In this document: in pieces, positions 8,477-19,307 of the stretch
How positions within the stretch are numbered: the stretch's first letter is position 1
How the letters are laid out: each line of letters begins with the position of its first letter
Assembly: GCA_963724215.1 (NCBI GenBank)
Contig: CAVRTZ010000008.1
Span: 130,378-194,377 of the forward strand
Length of the DNA stretch: 64,000 bases
Direction of reading: 5' to 3'
Source: an uncultured Ignavibacteria bacterium
GTDB taxonomy: Bacteria; Bacteroidota; Ignavibacteria; UBA10030; SZUA-254
Program-made: the position numbers and the translations under genes
The notes under the pieces: generated by a model
The model's input: only the letters and a program-made list of their open reading frames with translations
What the model was told of the DNA's origin: nothing
The model's database searches: none

Positions 8477-9688
8477 ATGGAGAAACGGGTGTCGGTGTAC
8501 GTCATGTGGTTTGCGATCGTACTTGTGGTTCTGGGGGCGGGCTATGCGTACATCGGGTGGCGGCTCATCGCCCCGTTTCGCCTCGCGCCGCCCTGGAACG
8601 TCATCGCCTGGTCGGGACTCGCGCTCCTCGTCGTGCTGCCCTTTCTCTCTTCGGTGTTGATGCGGACGGCCGAAGGCGCGATGGACCCGTTCGCGTGGAT
8701 CGCGTACGTCGGGCTCGGGTTCCTGTCGCTGATCTTCACGCTCCTGCTCCTGCGCGATATCGCCTGGATCGGGACGCTTGCCGGGGCGAAGCTCATCGCG
8801 GTCGTGCAGGGACTGTTCCCGGACGCTGACCCCGCCCCGGCCGATCCCTCGCGCCGTCGGATGCTGCTGGAGATGACCGGCCTCGGCGTCATCGGCGCGG
8901 CGGGCCTGCTCACCGCGTACGGCATCTACGAAGCCCGCCGGAAGCCGGGGATCGTCGACATCTCCGTCGAAATCGCCGGCCTGCCGGAGCAGTTCGCGGG
9001 GTTCAGGATCGTGCAGATCACCGACATCCACGCCGGGCTCACCGTCAAGCGCGACTGGATCGAAACGATCGCCCGCGAGGTGGACGCGCTCCGTCCCGAC
9101 CTGATCGCCTTCACCGGCGACCTGGCTGACGGGACGGTCGGGCACCTCCGGGACGACGTCGCCCCCCTCGGCGAGCTGAGCGCCCCCCACGGGAAATTCT
9201 TCGTGACGGGGAACCACGAGTATTACTCCGGGGTCCTTCCCTGGGTGGAAGAAGCGCGGCGTCTCGGGTATGACGTGCTCCTGAACGAGCACCGGGTGGT
9301 GCGCAGGAACGGCTCGTCGCTCGTGCTGGCGGGCGTGACCGATACGTCGGGAGGGCAGTTCCTTCCCGCCCACGAGTCGGATCCGGCGCTCGCGCTGCGC
9401 GGCGCCCCGGACGGCGCGGTGAAAATCCTGCTCGCGCACCAGCCGCGCACCGTCCTCCAGACCGGCTCCCTCGGCGTGGACCTCGTCCTCTCCGGACACA
9501 CCCACGGCGGGCAATTCTTTCCGTGGAACCTGGTGGCGACGCTCGCGCAGCCCTACATCGAAGGCTTGCACCGGCACGACGGCACCTGGATTTACGTCAG
9601 CAAGGGGACAGGGTACTGGGGCCCTCCGGTGCGGCTGGGGGCGAGGTCGGAGATCACGGTGATCACTCTGCGCCGGGCCGTGGTGTAA
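8477..9688 (+). CDS. membrane-anchored metallophosphoesterase (calcineurin-like, YkuE/YaeI type)
   Basis: 403-aa ORF. Four N-terminal TM helices are followed by the phosphoesterase motifs DIHAG, GDLADG, GNHEY and GHTHGGQ. Confidence 0.85.
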   Translation: MEKRVSVYVMWFAIVLVVLGAGYAYIGWRLIAPFRLAPPWNVIAWSGLALLVVLPFLSSVLMRTAEGAMDPFAWIAYVGLGFLSLIFTLLLLRDIAWIGTLAGAKLIAVVQGLFPDADPAPADPSRRRMLLEMTGLGVIGAAGLLTAYGIYEARRKPGIVDISVEIAGLPEQFAGFRIVQITDIHAGLTVKRDWIETIAREVDALRPDLIAFTGDLADGTVGHLRDDVAPLGELSAPHGKFFVTGNHEYYSGVLPWVEEARRLGYDVLLNEHRVVRRNGSSLVLAGVTDTSGGQFLPAHESDPALALRGAPDGAVKILLAHQPRTVLQTGSLGVDLVLSGHTHGGQFFPWNLVATLAQPYIEGLHRHDGTWIYVSKGTGYWGPPVRLGARSEITVITLRRAVV

Positions 9689-9700
9689 CCCCCGCGACGA

Positions 9701-11381
9701 TCACGTCCCGAAATCCACGGTCGGGAGGAAGCGGGGAGGTTTCCTGGTCTTCGTCGCCTGCTCGAAGGCGTACGCGATCCGGATGAGCGCCGGTTCACTC
9801 CACGCTCGCCCGAAAAACGAAATCCCCACCGGCAGCCCGAAGACGTTCCCGGCCGGGACGGTCACGCCCGGGTATCCCGCCACGGCCGCGGCCGTCGAGC
9901 TCCCGCCGATGTAATGGTCCCCGTTGATGAGGTCGGTCGGCCACGCCGGGCCGTCGGTGGGGGCCGCCAGCGCGTCCAGGTTGTGCTTCTCCATCACGGC
10001 GTCGATGCCCTCCGTCCCCGCCAGGCGCCGGCATTTCTCCAGGGCGTCGAGGTATTCGGCGTCGCTCAGGGGTCCCTTCGCGTTCGCCTTGATGAAGAGG
10101 TCCTGTCCGAACCAGGGCATCTCCGAGGCATCGGTTCTTCTCGTTGAATTCGATGATGTCCTTGAGCGTGCGGAGCGGAAAATCCGGGCCGAGCCGCGCC
10201 AGGTAGACGGCGATGTCGGCCTTGAGTTCGTACAGCAGGACGGTCATCTCGGCGTTGCCGATTTCGTCGAATGTCGGGATCTCCACCGGATCGACGATGA
10301 TCGCGCCCCTGTCCCTGAGGGTCCCGATCGCCTCCTCCATCAGCCGGTCCACTGAATCCAGGAATCCGAAATACGACCGCACGACGCCGATCCTCCGGCC
10401 GCGGAGTCCGTCGGGGTCGAGTCCGGCCGTGTAGTCGGCGATCGACCTGACCGCGGACGCGGACGTCGCGGGATCGCCCGGGTCGGCGCCGGCGAGCGCG
10501 CCGAGCAGGATCGCCGCGTCGGTGACGGTCCGGGCCATCGGGCCCGGGGTGTCCTGGGTGTGCGAGATGGGGATCACGCCGGTGCGGCTGACGAGGCCCA
10601 CGGTCGGTTTGATGCCCACGATCCCGTTGATCGACGACGGGCTGACGATCGAGCCGTCGGTTTCCGTCCCCACCGCTGCGGCGCAGAGGTTCGCGCTGAC
10701 CGCGACCGCGGACCCGGAGCTCGACCCCGACGTGTTCCTGTCGAGGGCGTAGGGGTTCCTCGTCAGGCCCCCGCGGCCGCTCCAGCCGCTCGTGGAACGG
10801 CCCGACCTGATGTTCGCCCACTCGCTCAGGTTCGTTTTCCCCAGGATGACGGCGCCGGCCTCCCTCAGGCGGCGGACCAGGAACGAGTCTGCCGGCGGCC
10901 GCGCCCCGATCAGGGCGTTCGACCCGGCCGTCGTGGCCATCCGGTCGGCCGTGTCGATGTTGTCCTTGATCAGCACCGGGATCCCGTGGAGCGGGCCGCG
11001 CGGTCCTTTTCCCTTCCGCTCCGCGTCGAGCCCGGATGCGATCGCGCCGGCTTCGGGGTTCAGCTCGATGACGCTCCCGAGCGACGGTCCCGCCCTGTCG
11101 ACCGCTTCAATCCTCGAAGCGTATTTCTCCACGATCGATCGCGCGGTCCAGGTCCCCGATCGCATTCCCTCCTGGAGCCCGGCGATCGTCATCTCGTCGA
11201 ATTCGAACGGGGGAACGTTGCCGGGCGTGTATGGCGCGGACCCGGTGGCGCCTCCCGCGACGTTATCCCGGTCGAAGAACGGCGCCGCGGCGGCGAGCAC
11301 TCCCGCGGATAGGCCGGTCTTCAAAAACTTCCGCCGGCCGTATCCCGCGGGCATCGGAAAATTCATTCTTGTCGGATGCAT
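9701..11381 (-). pseudogene. exported amidase (amidase-signature family, GatA-like); one frame break
   Basis: Tat-like N-terminus GRRKFLKTGLSAGVLAAAAP. The amidase-signature block is GIPVLIKDNI ... NTSGSSSGSAVAVSANLCAAAVGTETDGSIVSPS. The last 139 aa are in ORF 9701..10120, with the frame switch near 10133 (EFNEKN|DASEMPWFGQDLF). Confidence 0.85.
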
Positions 11382-11392
11382 GGACGTTCTCC

Positions 11393-12130
11393 TTATGTGA
11401 AGATCAGCTTCAGGCCCGCGATGACGAGCACGACGGAGAGAATCATCCTGATCGTCGGTCCGCTGAACCGTGCGCTGCCGTATCGCGAGCCGATCAGCCC
11501 GCCGGCCGCCGCTGCGACGGCCCAGAGGGGGATCTCCGGCGGCAGGCTTGCCACCGACGACACGTGACCGAGCAGCCCGGCGACGGAATTGACGAGGATG
11601 AACGCCGACGATACGCCCGCCGTGGTCTTCGCGTCAGCCCATCCCATGAAGAGAAGGACCGGGCTCAGGAAGATGCCGCCGCCCACCCCGGTGAGCCCCG
11701 AGAGGAACCCGATCACGACGCCGAGGACGACCGCGGGGATGACGGGCAGCGGATCGATCTCCGGCTGAGGGCGCCGGGTGGTGAGGAAGAGCCGGACCGC
11801 CGCGTAGAGCAAGACGGTCCCGACGATGGCCTTGTAGGTGGTCCCGGGGAGCGTGACGGATCCTCCGAGGAACGCGAACGGCACCGCGCCGAGCGCGAAG
11901 GGCCGGAAGATCGTCCACGAAAAACACCCGGCCCGGTAGAACATGGTGAACGCGATCGCGGCCACGAGGATGTTCAGCGCGAGCGCCGTCGGTTTCATCA
12001 CGGCGGGCGCGACCCCGAAGAGCGCCATCGCGGCGAGATAACCCGACGCCCCCGCGTGCCCCACCGAGGAGTATAAGAGGGCCGCCGCGAAAATCAGGAT
12101 GGTGAGGAATACGGCTGAGACGGGTTCCAT
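11393..12130 (-). CDS. TauE/SafE family sulfite-exporter-like permease
   Basis: ORF 11393..12319 trimmed to MEPVSAVFLTILIF. It has 7-8 TM helices and the duplicated motif VGHAGASGYL / LSGLTGVGGGIFLSP. Confidence 0.8.
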   Translation of the reverse strand: MEPVSAVFLTILIFAAALLYSSVGHAGASGYLAAMALFGVAPAVMKPTALALNILVAAIAFTMFYRAGCFSWTIFRPFALGAVPFAFLGGSVTLPGTTYKAIVGTVLLYAAVRLFLTTRRPQPEIDPLPVIPAVVLGVVIGFLSGLTGVGGGIFLSPVLLFMGWADAKTTAGVSSAFILVNSVAGLLGHVSSVASLPPEIPLWAVAAAAGGLIGSRYGSARFSGPTIRMILSVVLVIAGLKLIFT

Positions 12131-12158
12131 GCGGTCGGCGACCGGTATTGTGTGTCCG

Positions 12159-12752
12159 TCATCGCGGGGTCGCTCCGGCGGGACGATCGGTTGCGCACGC
12201 CGGTAGTTCCGAGTGCGACAGCCATTCCCTCGGGGGCGTCTCCCGTTCCACCGGGTATCCGTTTTCAATGTCCGCCCTGAGCACGCGGAGAGATTCAATC
12301 TGTCCCTTGAGTACCGCACCCTTCGGACCGGCGAGCGATTGTTCGATGACCCTCACGCTTCCGTGCAGTTCATCGGGCCGGATGTTCCTGAAATTTGCGG
12401 CCGACAGCAGGCCCCTCAGCAGTCCCTCGGACGTCTTCGAATTCCATTCCATGAACACGGGACCGAGTTCCTCGGCCTCGACTTCGATCGATCGGCCGGG
12501 AACGGACTGCAGGATCATCCTGATCGACCTGCCGTTCGCTCGGCCGGTGGGGCAGACCTGCACGATCGCGTACGCGGTCCGGGCGACATCGTGGCCGGCT
12601 TCGACGAATCCTTTCGAAAGGATTTGAACGTCATACCCCGAAAGCGCGGCTTCGTACTCACCGTGAAACCGGAACCCGCCGTCCGCGGGACCGCAGCCGG
12701 CGACCAGCGCCAGGAGGACGACGAGCATCATCGTGAAGGATAGAAGGGTCAT
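12159..12752 (-). CDS. lipoprotein of unknown function
   Basis: 197-aa ORF with lipoprotein signal MTLLSFTMMLVVLLALVAGC. No recognisable family. Confidence 0.5.
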   Translation of the reverse strand: MTLLSFTMMLVVLLALVAGCGPADGGFRFHGEYEAALSGYDVQILSKGFVEAGHDVARTAYAIVQVCPTGRANGRSIRMILQSVPGRSIEVEAEELGPVFMEWNSKTSEGLLRGLLSAANFRNIRPDELHGSVRVIEQSLAGPKGAVLKGQIESLRVLRADIENGYPVERETPPREWLSHSELPACATDRPAGATPR

Positions 12753-12773
12753 GACGGCGTCTCTCCGGCCTTT

Positions 12774-14294
12774 TCAGATGAAGTTTTTCCCGCTGTCCCA
12801 GAGATCCCTGACGGGCCTCAGGGGTTTTTTACAGACGCAGACCGGGAGGTCGTTTTCATACGGCATCGCATGCTCAGACCTGATGACGCCGGCTTCCCGG
12901 ACTTCTTCGAAGTCTTCCAGCAGGTCGGTTTTCGGGACACCGATGACAATGATGACCGCGTCCTGCCTCAGGTGGTCGAGACTCCAGTACCAGTAACTGT
13001 TGTGCTGGCTGATGGCCGGGGGGAGTCCGTCCCCGCGGCCGAAATAGTCGATGGCCCCCGCCTCCCCGTAGTTGCGCCCGTAGACAACCGTGCGTCGCTT
13101 TTCAGAATCGGGGAGCGAGGCATACACCCGACCGACGACGCCGGCCATTTCCCGCCAGCCGAACCGGTCGGCGTAGTGCTGCGGCAGGTCTCCCATGCGG
13201 TGCCCCTCGGTGGAAGGAGGCGTCAAGCCGAGCCGGGCCTGGTACCTCACGAACGTTTCGACCGGCAGGAAATCGATCGTCAGCGGCGTGAGTAAAAGCC
13301 CGCTCGTGAACACGACGGCCGCGTACGGCCATCGGACCAGCCGGGAATGGCGTCCCAGGAGCCATCGTTCCAGCTGGACCGATCCGGCGGGCACCAGCGC
13401 GGTCATCGCCCCGGCGAAATACTCCGACTTCGAGTGGATGTTGACGAGCAGGATGACGAGGACGGTGAGGATGGCCAATCCGACGGGCCGGAATTCCCTC
13501 CTCGCAGCCAGGAACCAGCACCCCGCCCCCCATACGGGGAGTGCGAGCGGATTCATGAGCAGCGGTAAACCTGAGAGGAACGTCAGCGGGGTTTGCGACC
13601 CGTATTTGTCCGTGGAGGCATTCCGGATGAATGCGAGGTGGGCCCAGTCGTGTGTCATATTCCAGATCACGAACGGCAGGAAGAGCAGCGCCGCGATCAG
13701 TCCGGCGATCCAGGGGGCCGGAGACCTGAGAACGACGCGGTGCAGGGTGAGGAGGAATCCGGCGAAGATCCCGGCGCCGAGCCAGAGCATGCTGAGTTTG
13801 TTCAAGGCGCCGAGCCCGACGATCGCCCCGAGGAGGTACCACTGACGCGGCTCGCCGGTCTCCATGAGCCTCACGAGGACGAGAAACGCAAGGGCCCAGA
13901 GGACGAGATCGATTGCGTTCATGGTGTACAGTCCGAAAAACGCCAGGAAGATCGGAGCGAGCATCGTCACCAGCGCCGCCAGGACCACGGCATATCGCCC
14001 CCCTCCGAACGCCTGACAGAGCCGACCGACGATAAACGTCGTCAGGCCCGCGCACAGTGCCGGTATGACCCGCAGGGAGAAGAGCGAGTCGGTGAAGACC
14101 GACGTCCACGCCGCGAGCAGCCAGATCGACAACGGAGGGTGGTCCACATAACCGAGGTCCGGGTGTTTTGCGCAGGCGATGTAATAGAGCTCGTCGCGGA
14201 AGATTCCGTATCCGCCGCACGCGGCGGCCAGGTGGATGCCGATCGTCAGGAGTGAAAGCGGCCAGAGGAGGGAATATGTGACATTCCGGTTCAT
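12774..14294 (-). CDS. GT-C glycosyltransferase, family 39 / ArnT-PMT-like
   Basis: ORF 12774..14387 trimmed to MNRNVTYSLLWPL. It has about 11 TM helices, a first periplasmic loop RDELYYIACAKHPDLGYVDHPPL, and a soluble C-terminal domain. Confidence 0.75.
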   Translation of the reverse strand: MNRNVTYSLLWPLSLLTIGIHLAAACGGYGIFRDELYYIACAKHPDLGYVDHPPLSIWLLAAWTSVFTDSLFSLRVIPALCAGLTTFIVGRLCQAFGGGRYAVVLAALVTMLAPIFLAFFGLYTMNAIDLVLWALAFLVLVRLMETGEPRQWYLLGAIVGLGALNKLSMLWLGAGIFAGFLLTLHRVVLRSPAPWIAGLIAALLFLPFVIWNMTHDWAHLAFIRNASTDKYGSQTPLTFLSGLPLLMNPLALPVWGAGCWFLAARREFRPVGLAILTVLVILLVNIHSKSEYFAGAMTALVPAGSVQLERWLLGRHSRLVRWPYAAVVFTSGLLLTPLTIDFLPVETFVRYQARLGLTPPSTEGHRMGDLPQHYADRFGWREMAGVVGRVYASLPDSEKRRTVVYGRNYGEAGAIDYFGRGDGLPPAISQHNSYWYWSLDHLRQDAVIIVIGVPKTDLLEDFEEVREAGVIRSEHAMPYENDLPVCVCKKPLRPVRDLWDSGKNFI

Positions 14295-14328
14295 CCCTGT
14301 CGGCGTGTCGTTTCCGGTCGGGGCCCTG

Positions 14329-14979
14329 TCAGGCCTCCCAGGTCGCGGCGACCATTCCGCGTCCCAGGATCGACGAGCCGATGTCATACCTCCGGATCTC
14401 GACCCCCGGGATCCTCGCGATTTCGGCGTCGAGACGGCCCGATTCGCGCTGGATGTAGCTCACGATGCAGCGCCGGCCGAGTGATGAGAGTTTATTGATG
14501 GCCTCCCGGACATCCTGGATGTAATACAGCGTTTCCGCGCAGACGACGACGTCGAATTTTTCCGCGGCGTCGAACGAATCCAGGCTGGTCGTCATGAACG
14601 TCACTCCGGGGCACCGTTCCCTGGCGCGGGCGACGGCGGTCGGGCTCACGTCGATTCCCACGACCCGGTCCGTCATGGTCGAGAGCATCGACGTGAACAC
14701 GCCCTCGGCGCATCCGACCTCGAGGACCGACCCGGGCGAGCACCGCGCGACCTCGTCGAGGAGCAGCTTCAGGCGTTCCTGTTCGTAGGGGGAGCTCTCG
14801 AAGTTCCAGGGGTCCTTCAGGGTCTTGAAGATCCTTTCGAGCTCGCGGTGATCGTCGCTGTACCACGCCGAACGGAAATACAGGGTCCTGAAGATGTTCT
14901 TGACGGCGGGCACACCGGGTCTGCCGTTCCTGCCCAGGTAGCCGGAGAGGAGGAACAGCAGGCTGGATTTCGGGTTCAT
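14329..14979 (-). CDS. class I SAM-dependent methyltransferase (NodS-like)
   Basis: ORF 14329..15123 trimmed to MNPKSS. SAM motif I is VLEVGCAEG, followed by VVGIDVS and DVVVCAETLYY blocks. Confidence 0.7.
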   Translation of the reverse strand: MNPKSSLLFLLSGYLGRNGRPGVPAVKNIFRTLYFRSAWYSDDHRELERIFKTLKDPWNFESSPYEQERLKLLLDEVARCSPGSVLEVGCAEGVFTSMLSTMTDRVVGIDVSPTAVARARERCPGVTFMTTSLDSFDAAEKFDVVVCAETLYYIQDVREAINKLSSLGRRCIVSYIQRESGRLDAEIARIPGVEIRRYDIGSSILGRGMVAATWEA

Positions 14980-15145
14980 GTCGTTCGCGTCGTTGTGTGC
15001 CGAATGATGTCCTGCGCCGCGGCCGCCCGCGGACGGCGGACGATGATGGCGGTCAGAAGAAGTGACAATATACGTATAATTTCCGCAGAGGTGTCGGCTT
15101 TTCCGGTCGCCCGGCCGGCGCACCCCCGCGTGGTGGTTCCTGAAT

Positions 15146-15867
15146 TCAATCAGCCGGGAGGTACAATTTCACCGAACCTTTCCTCAGGACCACCTCGTCG
15201 AGGTGCCCCATCCTGGTTCTGTCCGCGGTCAGCAGGTGCATATGGACATAGGTGTCGTGGTGAGTGAAAACGGCCTGATGTTCGGTCGAGAAAATCCGAC
15301 GATCTCCGACGGCTCGTTCCGTAGCGTGTAGATCCTGCGGCCCCGGTGGGAGTCGTCAGGCGAGCTCACCGTCGCGCCCGGCGGTAAATTCACGATATGG
15401 ATCGTCGCCGCCTCGACCGTCCCGGTCAGCCTGAACGCAAACGGCCTCGTCGCGTTGGTGGTCATCCGGTCCAGGTAGCCCTCAAATTGGGGGAGGGTCC
15501 GGACGCTGTCGGGCACGTCGTGCTCCGTCCACCGGTCGACATTTCCATAGACGAAGAAGGGCGCGCCGGCCTTGAATGTTTCTTCGATCTTCATCGTGGT
15601 GTCGGTGTCGACGGTCGATTTGTACGACCTGCCGTCGATGATCAACAGTTCGCCGGACAGGTACTCCGCCGGGCCGAGCCCGTACAGGTGTTCCCTGTTC
15701 GAGATCGTGTCGAGGTCGATGGTGCGCCCGAGCTGTCCCTTCCACATGACATTCTTCATCGCGCCGACGACGCTGACGGCGCCGGCCGGGTGTCTCGTCG
15801 TCGGGCTGCAGCCCGGGAGGGAGACCAGCAGCGAAAGGAGCGTCGTGAGCGCCATCGAACGCGTCAT
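15146..15867 (-). pseudogene. acetolactate-decarboxylase-family lipoprotein; one frame break
   Basis: Lipoprotein signal MTRSMALTTLLSLLVSLPGC. LYGLGPAEYLSGELLIIDGRSY is typical of the AlsD fold. One base is missing from the A4/T4 run at 15291-15294; restoring it gives GFFSTEHQAVFTHHDTYVHMHLLTADRTRMGHLDEVVLRKGSVKLYLPAD with a stop at 15146. Confidence 0.65.
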
Positions 15868-18800
15868 TTTGGCTTCCACTCCGGGACTCGTCCCGGGGTC
15901 CAGGGCGCGCCGGCGTTTTCCATCGCGCCTTCGACCCGCTTCAGGTCGGTCTCAACGACCGTCTTCAGGTCCGCCAGCATCGGGGTGAATTCCTCGCCCG
16001 CGATCTCGTAGGCCCGGAGCTGCGTCCCGGTCGGCGCCGACGTGGATTGCCACAGGTCGTCGACGATGCCGTTGACCCTCTCGTTGATGGAGGGCGGGGT
16101 CCCTTCGTTGCGGCTCCTGAGCGTGTTGTCCCCGCGCAGGGCGCGAACGATCTCGTTCGCGTGCGCCTCGATCGCCAGGACGTCGACCAGCAGTTGCGCG
16201 GGGGCGGCCGGCGCGTCGTGGAGCGCCTTCTTGATGAGGGCGATGCGTCCTTTCACCTCGTCGGCGACCCTCGAAGCCCCGAGCACCGCGCGCTGAAGGT
16301 CGGCGACGCGACGCTGAAAGGCCAGGAGGGCGTTCCGGTCGGCGGCCGGCAGGGTCGTGTTGGCGAGCGGCGCAGCGGAAAACGTTTGCGGGCCGGCCAG
16401 TTCCGTCAGGACGCCGCCCGCGCGCTTCGCGAGGGAGACGGAATATTTCCCCGGGAGCGCAAGCGGCCCCTGGGGGCCTTCCGCCGCAGGGTCGTCCTCG
16501 TCGGGAGGGGCCAGCGTCGCGGGGTTCGACGCGGCATACCGCAGGTTCCACGGCACGCGGTTGAAACCCTTCGACGCCGGGCCGGTGAGCCGCCGGACGA
16601 CGCCCCCGGATTCGTCGGTCACCGTGAGAATGATCGCCGGCGCCTCCTCCTCGTCTTCGACGCGGAGCTCGTCGAATGTCGGGTAGCGCGGAGTCTCGCC
16701 TTTCTTCACGGCCTCCTTCTCGGCGTCCTGCCGGAGCTGTTTTTTCGTCTTGACGGCGTCCTTCAGGTAATAGGTGAACGCGGCGCCGAAGGGCGGGTTG
16801 TCCGCCGTATAGAAGGCTTCCCCCTGGAACGACTTCCCGCGGCCGCCGTACGGGCTGGACGGGATGTACATGAGCGCGTCCTTCACCGGGAAGAGCCGGC
16901 CCTCCGCGGCGAGGGCCTCACCGCCGGCGTCGCGAAGGGGCGCGTAATTGTCGAGGACGTAGAACCCGCGGCCGAAGGTCGCAAGCACCAGGTCGTTCTC
17001 CCTTTTCTGGATGGCGATGTCGCGGACGGCGATCGTCGGGAGTCCGCCCTTGAGAGGGAGCCAGCGTTCGCCGCCGTTGGTGGAGGCATAGACCCCGAAC
17101 TCCGTCCCCAGGAAAAGGAGAGCGGCGTTCACGTGGTCCTCGGCGAGCGCGTACACGGGGCCGTTCGCCGGCAGGTTCGCCTTCAGGGACGTCCAGCTCT
17201 TCCCCGCGTCGGTGCTCTTCAGGATGTGCGGCCTGAAGTCCCCGCTCTTGTGGTTGTCGAACGCCGCGTAGACCGTGTTCACCGCGTGCTGCGACGCGAC
17301 GACCCGGCTCACGTAGGTCGTCTCCGGGACGCCCGGAAACCGGTCGATCTTCCGCCAGTGACCGCCGCCGTCCTCGGTCACCTGGACCAGGCCGTCGTCG
17401 GTGCCGGCGTAGATCAGTCCCTCTTTGATCGGCGACTCCGACAGCGCCGTGATGTTGCCGAAGAGCGAAGTCGAGGCGTTCTTCGCGACGGCGTCCGCGC
17501 CCCAGATTTTATCCATGACGGGAAGTTTGTTCCGCTCCAGCGCGCGCGTGAGGTCGCCGCTGACCGCCTTCCAGGAATCCCCCCTGTCGTCGCTCCGGAA
17601 AAGGACGTTCGCCGCGAAGTAGAGTCGCGTGCGGGAATGCGGGCTGATCAGCAGCGGGGAATCCCAGTTCCACCGGTAGGCCGCCTCCCCCTTTCCTTCC
17701 TGCGGCCGGATCCCCGCGTTCTCGCCGCTGCGACGGTCGAAGCGCACCAGGCCGCCGTACTGCGACTCCGAGTAGACGATGTTGTGGTCCTCCGGGTCGA
17801 CCTGCGTGTAGAACCCGTCACCGCCGACGGTGACGAACCAATCGGCGTTGGTGATGCCGCTCGCGCTGATCGTTCTCGACGGGCCGCCGAGCGTGAAATT
17901 GTCCTGCGTCCCGCCGTAGACGGTGTAGAACGGCAGCGCGTTGTCCACCGCCACGCGGTAGAACTGCGTGACCGGGAGGTTGCTCTTGAACACCCACGTC
18001 GCGCCCCGGTCGAAACTCTCGTACACCCCGCCGTCGCCGCCGACCAGGTAGTAGTTCGTATTGTCCGGGTCGACCCAGATCGCGTGGTTGTCGACGTGTT
18101 TGTTCTTCTCGCCGAGGTTCCTGAACGTCTTGCCGCCATCGACGGTGACCTTCAGGTAGGTGTCCATCGAATAGACGCGGTCCACCTCCTTCGGGTCGGC
18201 GACGATCTCGTTGTAGTACTGGGGGCTGCCGCTGACGTGGTCACTCCGCTTTTCCCACGTCGCGCCCCGGTCGGCGGAGCGGTAGAACCCGCCCTTCCTG
18301 TTCGGCAGCTCGATGATCGCGTACACCACGTCGGGGTTCACCGGAGAGAGGGCCAGCCCGATCCGGCCGACGTCGTCTTTGGGAAGGCCGCTCGTCAGCT
18401 TCTTCCAGGTCGCCCCGCCGTCGGTGGACTTGTGGATCGCGGACTCCGGGCCGCCGTCGATGAGCGTCCAGACGCGCCGGGCGCGCTGGTAGGACGCCGC
18501 GTACAGCACGTCGGGGTTCCGCGGATCGATCGCGAGGTCGGAGACCCCGGTGTACTTGCTGATGAACAGGGCCGTGTCCCAGCTCTTTCCGCCGTCGGTC
18601 GTCTTGTAGAGGCCGCGGTCTCCGCCGGGGGCCCAGAGCGGGCCCTGGGCGGCGACGTACACGACGTTCGAGTTGCGCGGGTCGACCACGATCTTGCCGA
18701 TATGCTCCGAGGCCTTGAGCCCCATGTTCTGCCAGCTCTTCCCGCCGTCCTCCGAACGGTAGACGCCGTCGCCGTACGACACGCTCCGCTGGCTGTTGTT

Positions 18801-19154
18801 CTCGCCGCTGCCCACCCAGACCACCGACGGGTTCCGCGGGTCCATCGCGACGCAGCCGATCGAGTACGATCCCTGGTCGTCGAAGACCGGGGTCCAGCTC
18901 GTGCCCGCGTTCGTGGTCTTCCACACCCCGCCGGACGCGACCGCGACATAGTACAGCGAGCGGTCGTCGGGATGGACCGCGAAGTCGACCACGCGGCCGG
19001 AGGTCACCGCCGGACCGATCGAGCGGAACTTCAGGCCGCTGAAGATCGAGGCGCTGGTATCGGGCGCGGTCTTCCCGTCGGATTTTTTCTGGGCGAAAGC
19101 GCCGTGAGCAGTGAAGAGGAGCAGGAGGGCGAGGATCGCGAAAAGGGACTTCAT
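15864..19154 (-). CDS. secreted VPS10/sortilin-like double-propeller protein with BNR/Asp-box repeats
   Basis: 1096-aa intact ORF with signal peptide MKSLFAILALLLLFTAHGAFA. It carries many Asp-boxes: TTNAGTSW, SEDGGKSW, TTDGGKSW, STDGGATW, SADRGATW, SFDRGATW, STDAGKSW, STNGGERW. Confidence 0.8.
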   Translation of the reverse strand: MKSLFAILALLLLFTAHGAFAQKKSDGKTAPDTSASIFSGLKFRSIGPAVTSGRVVDFAVHPDDRSLYYVAVASGGVWKTTNAGTSWTPVFDDQGSYSIGCVAMDPRNPSVVWVGSGENNSQRSVSYGDGVYRSEDGGKSWQNMGLKASEHIGKIVVDPRNSNVVYVAAQGPLWAPGGDRGLYKTTDGGKSWDTALFISKYTGVSDLAIDPRNPDVLYAASYQRARRVWTLIDGGPESAIHKSTDGGATWKKLTSGLPKDDVGRIGLALSPVNPDVVYAIIELPNRKGGFYRSADRGATWEKRSDHVSGSPQYYNEIVADPKEVDRVYSMDTYLKVTVDGGKTFRNLGEKNKHVDNHAIWVDPDNTNYYLVGGDGGVYESFDRGATWVFKSNLPVTQFYRVAVDNALPFYTVYGGTQDNFTLGGPSRTISASGITNADWFVTVGGDGFYTQVDPEDHNIVYSESQYGGLVRFDRRSGENAGIRPQEGKGEAAYRWNWDSPLLISPHSRTRLYFAANVLFRSDDRGDSWKAVSGDLTRALERNKLPVMDKIWGADAVAKNASTSLFGNITALSESPIKEGLIYAGTDDGLVQVTEDGGGHWRKIDRFPGVPETTYVSRVVASQHAVNTVYAAFDNHKSGDFRPHILKSTDAGKSWTSLKANLPANGPVYALAEDHVNAALLFLGTEFGVYASTNGGERWLPLKGGLPTIAVRDIAIQKRENDLVLATFGRGFYVLDNYAPLRDAGGEALAAEGRLFPVKDALMYIPSSPYGGRGKSFQGEAFYTADNPPFGAAFTYYLKDAVKTKKQLRQDAEKEAVKKGETPRYPTFDELRVEDEEEAPAIILTVTDESGGVVRRLTGPASKGFNRVPWNLRYAASNPATLAPPDEDDPAAEGPQGPLALPGKYSVSLAKRAGGVLTELAGPQTFSAAPLANTTLPAADRNALLAFQRRVADLQRAVLGASRVADEVKGRIALIKKALHDAPAAPAQLLVDVLAIEAHANEIVRALRGDNTLRSRNEGTPPSINERVNGIVDDLWQSTSAPTGTQLRAYEIAGEEFTPMLADLKTVVETDLKRVEGAMENAGAPWTPGRVPEWKPK

Positions 19155-19307
19155 ATGCGTCTCCGTTGAAAATGGACCGTGCGGATCGTCTTCGGAATTA
19201 TTTGTTGCGACAGGGAGCGGCGGTAAGGTACGAAAATGTCCCGCCGAAGGCGAGCCGGTCGGCGGTTATTTGCGTCCCCCGGGGGGGGACCGGGGATCCT
19301 CACGGGT

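Noticed and set aside
16047-19169. 1040-aa plus-strand ORF, the longest of many very long ORFs antisense to real genes. Others are 40182..42308, 42245..44776, 29197..30882, 34403..36325, 8396..9577, 20963..22486, 25260..26792 and 45579..47120.
   Set aside because: Their translations are Arg/Pro/Gly/Asp/Val-rich low-complexity strings with no family motifs. Each exactly shadows a well-supported gene on the other strand. This is the usual stop-poor antisense frame of high-GC DNA.
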